From the NCBI GenBank assembly GCA_032718475.1, contig JAUCBJ010008040.1, positions 1 to 59,487 on the forward strand: 59,487 bases of DNA. Direction: 5' to 3'. Shown here in pieces: positions 34,001 through 45,146 of the stretch. The notes under the pieces are model-generated. The model made no database searches and was not told the origin of the DNA. It saw only the letters and a list, made by a program, of their open reading frames with translations. The stretch's first letter is position 1. Every line of letters starts with the position of its first letter. The stretch is from Nemertoderma westbladi (taxonomy: Eukaryota; Animalia; Xenacoelomorpha). Made by a program: the position numbers and the translations under genes.

Positions 34001-36416
34001 ATGGGTGTCCTCCTTGAGACTGAACTAGATTTATTAGATGTTCAGGATATTCGAACAACTTACAAGAAGACAAGGCTAATATCTGATGATATTAATGTGC
34101 CAGAATGTGAGGTCAATGACTTATTGAAATCCTATGTCATGAAAGACTTGCATTATCAGTCTATTGGTAATGATCAATTCCAATGTTACCTACATCTTGC
34201 AATCACTGGTCTTTGGCAATTCTTTGCTGGTGATGGCTTGTTTTATGAAGCAATTCCCCTATTCTATGAGGATAGCATTCGTGTTCAGGCTACGAAAGAA
34301 GTAGAACGTTTGGAGAAAGTCACCCGTGACAATCTTATCGAGGCATTATATGGGCAGGAGGGAATGCTATTCCCAGATATGGCTGATTTAGCAGGGTGGC
34401 CATCCTCTAGAGTGGCAACCTTTATTGGATGAAGCACGTGGTCAAACTGGGGAATCTGTTACTGAACAGAAGAGTATATTACAAGTATTGGTGAATGCTG
34501 TTGATTCTTATTGTCATCCATCATCAACATTCGTAAAATCCCCATGGTTGGTTGGTGCACCTGGTGTTGGCAAGACACACGTTATGTTAATGGGACTGGC
34601 ATATAGCCTTTCTCGTGGTTTAAATGTGCAACTTACTGCCATTACCAGCGAGAGAGCTAGATTGCTTGGTGGTGAACATCTTCATCTACTGATGCCATTC
34701 AATGTAAATAAGGGTTCACGTACATTAACTAGCACTTGTTTAGCCCAGGATTGCTTATTAGCCCTGGCAAAGAATCCCTCTAAACTCGCTTATCTCCAAA
34801 GATTAAATGTTATATTCTTTGAGGAAAGTGGAATGCTCTCTTGTGAGTATCTCGCAGCTATAGACTTGGTATTACGCCGAATCTGTAACACACAGAGACC
34901 CTTTGGTGGGAAACTCTTCATTGGGTGTGGTGATCATCTACAATTAGAACCTGTAGATGGTAGGGTTGTATGGCTTAGTACACACTTTTTGACAACATTC
35001 ACCGTCTGTGTGGCAAGGCATTATGTTCGCAGTGCCAATGACGAAGAATTGCAACATGTCATTGATATTATGCGAAGCTCCAACCCATCTCCAAATCAGA
35101 TTGATGAAGTGATTTCAATATTGAAGCGGCGGTGTAACTTTGTCGATAGCTGGGATGATGTTCCAGATGATGTCTTGAAGGTTGTTGGCACTAGAGCTGC
35201 AGAGCAAGAAGTACTGGAGAAGTATATATCCTTCCATAGGAACGAGCCTGGGACAGTAGTAATAAGTGGCCATGATGAGGTTAGTGCTACTGCCTCAAAT
35301 ACTAGCTCATGGAAGACTACAAACACGCCCAGCATTATCAGTTCAATAACGAGATCTTGTCGAGAACCTATGGATTTGGTTTTATTTCTAAACCAGATCC
35401 TTCGGTTTACATACAATCAGCTTTCTGGGCAACCTCAATTTTCCAATGGTCAATTGTCTGTTGTCAAATCAGTGCCTGCTGATTGTGATGATTTCTTGGA
35501 ATTGGCTGTTGTTCCATAAGGTTGTCGTCGCTTTGAAGAGGTTGAGGACACCTGGCCCGTGGCTAAAGTTAAGCAACGGCCAAGTGCACCAACTTCTACA
35601 GGTTTTGGAAGTAGTCTTCTTGGCAGGCGGATACAGTTTCCTGTGCGCTACTTTGGAGCAGGGACAGTACATGCCATACAAGGTCAAGATGCTCCAAGTT
35701 TAGCGACACAGATCTCATCTGATGCCAAGAGTAAGTATAAGCTATGGCTAAAAACCCAGATATCAAGGGTACGATATCTCTGCACATTTACATTTGTTGG
35801 TAATATGGATGAAGCCTTCAATTGTATCCGTATCTTGCTTCACAAGAAATCTCCAAATCAAGATTATATAGACCATTTATTAAGACGTCTTAATATTCTT
35901 CTTGGCATATTCTTCAGGCACCTATCATGTTCCATTATCATCCATTCAGACCCTTCTTTAGGGAAATCCCTGGTGCACAAATTGGATTTGTGTATATGTT
36001 CATCAGCATTCGGTTGCCTAATTTGAATTACACTGGTGAAACTCAGAACCTGAAGGTTAGACTGCAGAGTCATCAAAATAAAACAGGTTTACAAAGAATC
36101 CTGATTTACATCCATGGTCTCTGTATGCTTTCGTATACGGGTTTCCTGGTGATGCCAAGAGTAAGCTCAATACAGATAACCGTCAGAGAGATTTGAGACT
36201 AGATGGCATGACATGGCTGAGACAGGTCCTGCAGGTGGGGATATGACTAAAGGACGAGATCAGGTATACGCTATGGGTATTGAGATTGTGCGTCAATATA
36301 ATGCCGATGTCTATATTGATGCAGATGGAAATGCAAAGCATTTTGAACTCACCATGGTTCAATGCCAGGAGTTCATTCAAGATGATTTGCAGGCCGAGAT
36401 CCCAATGTCCCAATAG
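31037..36416 (+). pseudogene. Divergent Helitron-like Rep (HUH-Y2)/PIF1 helicase polyprotein with C-terminal GIY-YIG nuclease; several frameshifts and stops
   Basis: Rep: FFTATCN, EAQ...LHIHG, QTHNC...C...CR, YCAKY; helicase: GAPGVGKT, FFEESGM, PFGG, GDHLQLEPV, QFPV...TVHAIQG; then GFVYMFIS...YTGETQNL..RL..H. Confidence 0.85.
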
Positions 36417-36639
36417 ATTACTGTGTCTTGTTTCTTCTTCTTCTTCTACTACTATGTCAATGTGCAATGTACCTAAGCTTATGCAGCTATGCCAAACTTG
36501 CAACCTTCAAAACTTACCCTACCCATCTTGTTCAGACTTAAAATTAAGAGTTCTGCCTTATAAATGCAAGCTTTATCAAGGTTATTATATTTTTTTTATT
36601 CTTCATCTTATTTTTGTCTTTTTATTTTAAAATTTTTTT

Positions 36640-36868
36640 TTACTTTTTTTTGTCTTTTGAATTTTGTCTTTTGACTTTTATCTTTTGACTTTTGTCTATT
36701 TACTTTCGTCTTTTGACTTTGACTTTTGTCATTTGTATTTTGACGTTTGTCTTTGGACTTTTGTGATTTGACTTTTGTCTTTTGATTTTTGTCTTTTGAC
36801 TTTTGTCTTTTGACATAAGTTATTTTACTTTTGTCTTTTTATTTTTGTCTTTTTTACATTTTTCTTTT
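36640..36868. repeat. Low-complexity (TTTTGTC/TTTTGAC)n repeat
   Basis: Seen directly. Confidence 0.85.
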
Positions 36869-36929
36869 AAGAAGGCTTGCAAGAAGCAAGTAAGAATCCT
36901 TACAAAGTTTGCCTTTATAACGCTTGTGA

Positions 36930-37262
36930 TCGAGGCTGGACAGGACATCCCGCCCTATTGAGGCTGGATGGATAACCCACCTAATAGAGTTTAGTTAGTA
37001 TGTCGCTTTAGAAAGGCAGTCTTTTTCAAGGTTATAATATTTTTTCAATTCTATTCAGGTAGGAATTTTCCCACCTGGGGTAATTGTTTTATAATATTGT
37101 GCCTTGGCTTAGACTGTACCACTCTATTGCGACTGATAACTACCCTATTGAGGCTGGATAACCCGCCATTCTATCCCGCCCTATTGAGGCTGGATAACCC
37201 TCTGCAATATCCCGCCTATCAAGACTGGAAATCCCACCCTATTGAGGCTGGACACTATCCCG
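36930..37262. repeat. Dispersed short repeats CCCTATTGAGGCTGGA(TAACCC)
   Basis: At least four good copies (near 36953, 37143, 37179, 37237). Confidence 0.75.
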
Positions 37263-38654
37263 TCAGGAAGAAATTTTATTCTGGTTTTTATGTTGCCTTG
37301 TAAAGGCTGTTATTATTTTCCATGTTTGCTTCTCCTTGATTGTTGTTTGTTTTTGTTTTTTGTGTTTATTTGCATTTTTGTTTATTTGTCTGTATTGTGA
37401 TTATCACATGCATGACGCTATGATGATAACATCGGAGAGAAATAGCTTGGCTGGTATGTTTGGAAGTGGATAGATTTCCTTGGTTGTATTTCCTTCAATT
37501 CACTGTAACTGCACCATGTTTGGGACAAACTCAGTATGAAGGTAAGGCCTAATTATTGGTCGGAAAATAAATACGATAACAAACATAAAAAAAAACAAAA
37601 AAAAAAACAAAAAAAAAACAATAAAAGAAACAAAAAAAACAAAAAAAAACTAAAAAAAAACAAAAAAAAACAAAGAAAAACACAAAAAAAAGATGTTCGG
37701 GGGCTCTGTTCCTGTATATTAGAGTATTTCAACGTACCTTAGATATCTGGTGTATCTCTATTATACATCATTTAGATTAATTAAATGCCGGTTGAACCGG
37801 AGGCTGCGCCACCGTGCGCTTATATATATATATATATATATATATACATGGACACAAAACGTAGCAAGGACGCCATTCTCACTAAAAAGGGACTGGCGTC
37901 CTTGCTACCTATGCAGAATATGAAACTGTCGGTTCAGCTACCATGAGTGGCACCCTTGCTACTTAGGTAGCATTGGTGACAAAGTGGCTACAATGCTACC
38001 ATAATCTGACAAGCTAGTTGATAAGCCCATTTAGCGTGATACAATAACGCAAAACAATTAAATTTCGATATGGATATACAAGCTGGATAATAAAGCTAAT
38101 TAGTAATCATATAATCGAGTAATTAAGTAACTAACTAACAGGTATACAAGCCCAAATGTTGCGTAGCTTTTTTTGACGGTTTGTATTCTGGCAATTTGAA
38201 TTATTACATGAAAACAACTAAAACAAGCTAGTTGCGTACGGAATTTTGTGCAAAATTTTCCAAAAATATTGTTTCTGATTAATTTAAAACAAGCTTGTCC
38301 CTTAAATTACTAGGAATATTACAAATAGCTGCAAAGTATTTATTCCGAATCCATGAGCTGTTTTGTAAGAAGTAGTGCTTGAAGAAACTGACCTTTTAAT
38401 TAACATTTTTATTTCACGTAGAGTAATCTAGAAATAAATTCAAGTGGAAGTTGTTTTAAAATCCAAGTGAAACGAGGATTTCATAGTGAAGAGTGCAATA
38501 ATATCATCGGTGCTGTGATATGGAAAATCAACTAAAGTGCAAAAATATAATTTCGAGATAATCACATTTTTGTGTTTAATTTTTGCAAAAATTGCAGCAT
38601 GAAGATGATATTTCAGAAAATAATTATTTTTTCATACACTAATTCTTTTTTCAT

Positions 38655-39290
38655 TGCACTAGTTACACCATTTTACACTAGTTACACCATTTTACACTAG
38701 TTACACCATGTTATACTAGTTACAGCATGTTACACTAGTTACACCATTTTACACTAGTTACACCATTTTACACTAGTTACACCATTTTACACTGGTTACA
38801 CCATTTTACACTAGTTTCACCATGTTGCACTAGTTTCACCATGTTTCTCTAGTTACACCATTTTACACTAGTTACACCATGTTACACTAGTTACACCATG
38901 TTACACTAGTTACACCATTTTACACTAGTTACACCATTTTACACTAGTTACACCATTTTACACTGGTTACACCATTTTACACTAGTTTCACCATGTTGCA
39001 CTAGTTTCACCATGTTTCTCTAGTTACACCATGTTTCTCTAGTTATACCATGTTTCTCTAGTTACACCATGTTTCTCTAGTTACACCATGTTTCTCTAGT
39101 TACACCATGTTTCTCTAGTTAGTTACATAATGTTTCTGTAGTTACACCATGTTTCTCTAGTTACACCATGTTTCTCTAGTTACACCATGTTTCTCTAGTT
39201 ACACCATGTTTCTCTAGTTACACCATGTTTCTCTAGTTACACCATGTTTCTCTAGTTACACCATGTTTCTCTAGTTACGCACCATGTTAC
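38655..39290. repeat. 19-bp minisatellite (CTAGTTACACCATTTTACA / CTAGTTACACCATGTTTCT), about 33 copies
   Basis: Head-to-tail units without spacers. Confidence 0.95.
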
Positions 39291-40797
39291 AAACTAGCCA
39301 CAAACCCAGGCATCCAGCCACAAACAAACAAACTAATAATAGTTACAGGAACACGAGCTAAATGCTTTAAGAAAACAATGGAATTGTAGCAGCCAGTATG
39401 ATGTTTTATAATGAATTTCAATACAAACTGAAAGTTTAGCCAACCATTTATTCTCCGGACTACAGCCGGAATATAGGCCTACACTGGCAAACTATGTTAA
39501 GTCATCGCTTTGGCTTTTTTGCCATACCAAGTTTGGGCTTTCTAAGCAAAAAATACACTTGTACAGTAACATGACAGAAGCGACAAGTGCGATTTTATCA
39601 ATATCTTGCACTTTGGCGTTTTTACCACAACTCCTACTCTTAATTTGCAATTCTCACTTTGGCTAAGACACATCTCTTTTCTGAAGCAGTGGATGTGAGT
39701 ATCACTTTGGCGTTTATATCACACCTCCCTAAGGTACTCTAGTACAAATTTCAGTTAAAACCTCATTTTAGCCAAAATGGCACTTTGGCTGTTCGCCATA
39801 TCACCGACGATATAAACACTAAACAGGTAGATTACACAGTGTGTAGTTTCATTATCGAATTTTTAAATTAATTTACTTTTACTTCATTTAAGTAATAAAA
39901 ATTTTAACTTTACTTAGCGCCGTTAGTATTAACAACGAATTGTTGTTGTTATATAGCACTACTTGTACAGTAGCACAAGAGTAGCACTGGCCTAATATAA
40001 TATATTTGTAAATTCAAGAGAGACGATACATTGCTAGGGAGCTTTACAATGAAACTGAACCTAAACCTGAATCTTCTTTACATGGCTTTACCATTTGGTT
40101 ACCTCGCTAAGAATATAATTATAAACTATAACTCATGTAGTTTCTGACTAATTAGTTGTTATATGTAGGCCTACTGTACTTTACCACTATCGATCTCTGG
40201 ATCACTTGGAATAGCACTAAGTAAAGTGCTACTTTATAATACAGGTATAATGAAAATAGTCAATTAATATCGGTTCTCATAAAAATATCTATGTATTAAT
40301 TAATAATTACATTAATTTAGGATTAATTTGTGCCAAAGAGAGAGTGAAATCTCATGAAAATGGACCGTATTTACTATTGCGGGTTGCGTGGCATATTCAA
40401 AATGATGTAGTATTTGGTTTGGTACTGCATTTTTTTTTCCAATTCAAGGTTCTGTTTTCAGCTACAATATCTAAGAGGAGCATCTGTAAATCTGCAAGAG
40501 CCCAGCAAGGATTGCCATAGAGCCGCAAAATTACTAGTTGTAATTTCCTCCACAGCTGCACGGAAAAGCTGCAATTTAAAGAGCTTTAAGGATGCTTTCA
40601 TTTTGCGGATGCGGGGGTCATCTACCGAACATCTTTCTCATCCATGAGCACAGATAAAAGAAATAATTGCTGTAATATTGATGTTGAAACATTGAATTAG
40701 ACAGATAGGCGGACATCCCACAAGGATTTTATGCTTACTAAACGTTATAGAAGAGTGACTTACATCATAGTCCCATATGCTAAATATAATTTGAAAA

Positions 40798-41255
40798 TAA
40801 GGTAGCACTTTGTGACGGTTTGTATTGTAAACATATATATAAATTATACATATAGTGAGACACAAAATGTAACATAGGGGTCAGCTATTCATACAAGCCG
40901 TACTATTCTGACAAAAATTTACAGAAAATGGGCATCCTAAAAATTTAAAAACAAGCGCATCTCTTAGAAGACATATTAAGTTGTACGGATATTAAGTTTT
41001 GTTAATTTACTATGTATTTAAATGGTAAAATAATTAAAAAAATGTAATTTCTAAAATTATCGAAAAATGACTTACACTTTTATTTTAAAAGATAATTTAA
41101 GTGGATTTATATGTTTAATATATGAGAGAATCAATGCTAAAAATTACTTATCAAACCAGATAGCGGTTATTGTTATTAAATTTTGCATATGTAGATTCAA
41201 AATACAAAGGTAGCTGTACCGTCATTATTTAACAAATATTAATTGATTTATTCGA
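40798..41255 (+). repeat. Dispersed AT-rich repeat, diverged copy of 41926-42385
   Basis: Shared blocks such as AAGGTAGCA.TTTG.GACGGTTTGT and CATATGTAGATTCAAAATACAAAGGTAGC. Confidence 0.8.
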
Positions 41256-41881
41256 AATCTAACAATTTATTATCACAACTTTTTCATTGAAATAGTATTA
41301 TTTTTCCCCGTGGAAACATATTAACCATAAAAATGTAACAGAAGCTATTATTCTGAAACATTAATATTTTATAATTTTTCCTGAAGTAAATTTTCAGATT
41401 ATGTATTTAATAGGTATTTCTTTCAGTTTCATGATAATTTCCTAAATTGTTGTTTATTAATTAAAAGCATAAAACGTTTTACATCTCTAACTGCTATTAG
41501 AAAATCAACGCTACTTTCTGTTCAATTATTCAAGTCATATTCAAATTATTTATTTACTCAAACAGCCAATTTATTATTGAAGTATGAAAATCTGAGGATA
41601 TGGCAATGGTGCATAGAAGGTACAGTAATAAATTGCTTTCCTTGATATCGTAAAGTACGGAACGCCAGTAGTAGCTATCCAGTTTACCCATAATAAAAAA
41701 AGGTAAGACAAACTGAAAGAGAGAAGAGCTACATCGAGATGAATTAAATTTACTGATAGCCATACCCTGAAGGCATACACTAACGCATGACTCGCCCCTT
41801 ATGCTTCTGTGTCTGGCTCAATTTACCATTGCACATTATACTCATGCCTGGCATGTATTTGATTCACCTGAATCAACAAAA

Positions 41882-44800
41882 CCGCTTTCTCAAATAAGTA
41901 TTAGTCAATGACGCTAAATAAAACAATAAGGTAGCATTTTGCGACGGTTTGTGTTTTAAACATATATACAAATTATACATATATTGAAACACAAAATGTA
42001 ACATACATGTCAGCTACTCTTACAAGCCATATTATTTTCACGAAAAATTTCACAAAAATAACATCCTGATAATTTTATATCAAGCCCATTCTATTAGAAG
42101 AGTTATTAAGGTGTATGAATATATAAGTCCCGCAGCTTTTCAATGTATTTCAGTAGCAAAATTATTCAAAAATCAAAATTTCAAAAATTATCAAAAACAT
42201 AACTTCCCCTTTATTTTAAAAGATAATTTAAGTGGATTCATAAGTTGAATGCATAGGAGAATCTAAGCCAAAAATTACTTATCAACCCACTTAACGTTTA
42301 ATATTATTAAATTTTCCATATGTAGATTCAAAATACAAAGGTAGCAATACCGTCACTATTTAACAATTTATAATTGATTTATTCATAATTTAATTAATTA
42401 AATTAATTAAATTTAATTAATTTAATTAATTAAATTAATTAAATTTAATTAATTTAATTAAGAAAACATGCAGTTTTAATTAAATAGATATTAATTCTTC
42501 TCAATAAAACAATTAATGGGTGGGTATGCGAAATATACAGTATACTGTAATATGATTTGCAAAGAAAAATATTAAACAATTTACATGACTACAAATTGTA
42601 TATCGTCTTTGTATATCAAGCAATAAAGTCAATTATTATATTATTAATTGGCAACAAAGATCAATTATTTTATTCCAAACTTGGATTCTATTGCAAGGGA
42701 TTGATTGGACCGCACTGGTGTGAACTACAGATCGATTTCTCTACGATTTCTCGCGAACTCTTTCATTTTCTGTGACAGTTTACTGTGCGCGATATTGCTC
42801 TCGAAGTCCAGCTATCGAACCGCGGAGAAACTTCGTGATTTTCTTTATAGACGTGGTCCTCTCTGAAGCTGATAATTCCACTTCCAACAGGTTAAATAAT
42901 AGTTGTTTTAACTTGTATTTATTTTCTTTTAAAACGTTTATATTTTGATTGTATAAAGGTTGGCTGGCAGCTGACAATGGCTAATTGTACATTGTATATA
43001 TTATTAAACTTACTCTAGAACGAAATAATTAATTCATAATAATTCAGATACGGCAGACTTTCGACGCGACGACAGAAATCATCCCTCCTCCTAGTGGAAA
43101 ATCGGCGCTGATTACTCCCAAAATTAAAACTGTCACCTGTACTAATGACTTTAGTTTATTGCTTTGGTTAGAATAACGTATCACTGCAACCCGCTCTTTT
43201 CCCTAGTAGATAATTTAACATTGCAACAAGATATAAATATAAATGAGGACTACTTGCGCCAATGTATATGTTTGATTTAATGGTGCAAATTGATTGCAAA
43301 CATATTTTAATAATAATATTAATAATCAGATAATAAATAAATAGTAATCCAATATGAAGTTGTTACAAATAATATTTAAGTACAATATTTACATTACGTG
43401 CTAATAAATTCCTTTCCCAAGCCAATATTTTTCTTACTACAGTACAAACCGCATAACAGCATTTGGTTAATTAAATGCAGCTTATTTACTGTTCTCTGAT
43501 TGGGCGAGACCAGACGTCTATTAAATGGTTGGAGTATAAGACATTTAAGGAAAGGTGGGTTGACTCATTGTATTGTGTTATCAAGGTGTAGGGCCTACGT
43601 ACACCTTATGTGTTATGCATTGTATTGTGCATTCTGTTCAATTGTTCGTTGCCAAGCAACCACATACAGTCATAATAAACTCGAATAAATAAACAACCTG
43701 TTAGGCCTACCAAATGCAGTACAGCAGTAGTAGCCTCTCCTCTACTACCACTACCACACATCAACAGATGGGCTTGAGTTGGTATTAATTTTTTTATTTA
43801 CAGTTTGTTGGTAGTAGGCCTACTGTAGTACATAGTCGATGTTGAAGCGCAGGCGATCACTGAAGGCACTTTTGGCGCTACTTTAATGTGAGATTCACTT
43901 ACAATCTGCCTTTCGCTCTGGCGAAACACACTCGGAATACCGGTACCCACACCCAATGCTGAACTTTTCAACTGTTTCGATACATCTGATTACGATTCTT
44001 CTACGACCTGCCGTTCCCTGAATAAGACTTCGCTATCAAAAAAATGTGGTCTTGGCGTCTTAGAATCGAAGTTGGTAAAGGAAACATCAGCTCCGGTGAG
44101 AAGAACAACTGAAGTAAACAACTGACTGACTGAGTTCCTCCGCTGTTAGAGAGCGCTATATCGCGCACAGCAAATTGTAAGAGTTCGAGAAACTGGAAGA
44201 GTTCGCGAGAAATCGTAGATAAATTGTTCTGTAGTTCAACAGCGTGGTGGCCCACTCCCTCCCGATAATTTCTTCATATTTTTAATAATAATTTTAAACT
44301 AAAGATAATTTCTTCGATTGAGTGTTTGGAATAAACGTATACGCACGTATACTGAGCGGCCCGGAGGTTGACCTCTCAGCATATGGATTCTGTCGCCGCC
44401 GCCGTAACGAACATGCATCACACAGACTCCAAGAAACAGATGGGATTGGAGGATGAAAACCAATAATGACTTACATCAACCAAACAAACTTCCGTCTCAT
44501 GTAATACACACTACACAGTCGCCTAAGCAGACAACTCACAATCACATCCTGATCCGCAACCTGGGAAATTGTTATATATTGTCGGTACTGCTACATTTGT
44601 ATTTTGAATCTACATATGCAAAATTTAATAATATTATTAATCGTTAAGTGGGTTGATAAGTAATTTTTAGCTTTGATTCTCCCATATATTAAACTTATAA
44701 ATCCACTTAAAATATATTTTAAAATAAAGGGGAAGTTATCTTTTTGATAGTTTCTGAAATTTAAATTTTTTAATTATTTTACTATTGAAATACATTGGAA

Positions 44801-44945
44801 AATTAACAAGACTTAATATTCATACACCTTAATAACCGTTATAATAGATGGGGTTGATTTAAAATTATCTGGATGTTATTTTTGTGGAAATTTTCGTAAT
44901 AATATACTCGTAATAATAATAAACTAATACTTATTTGGGAAAGCG
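41882..44945. mobile_element. Foldback/MITE-like structure of nested inverted repeats
   Basis: 41882-42385 is inverted at about 44575-44945 (with a deletion); 42715-42802 is inverted at about 44149-44250; no transposase inside. Confidence 0.55.
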
Positions 44946-45146
44946 ATCCAGCAACAATACTATACATTGGCTTATATTAGAAGCGAAATACAAATATATT
45001 TTTTTTACGATAACTGTTTTAAGTAACACGAATTAATTACAATTACTCTATCTGTTTCGAAACAGGTCAGATAAGTAGGGTGGGGGGGGGGGGGGGGGAT
45101 AAACACCCTCTGGTTAAAATATTAGTTTGTTTTTCTTATCTTTTCT

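Noticed and set aside
37536-37742. Lys-rich 68-aa ORF
   Set aside because: Translation of an A-rich low-complexity tract.
38655-39290. CRISPR-like array
   Set aside because: 19-bp head-to-tail minisatellite without spacers.
40414-44647. Scattered 60-85-aa ORFs
   Set aside because: No motifs, mostly non-ATG starts, lie in AT-rich repeats; consistent with chance.
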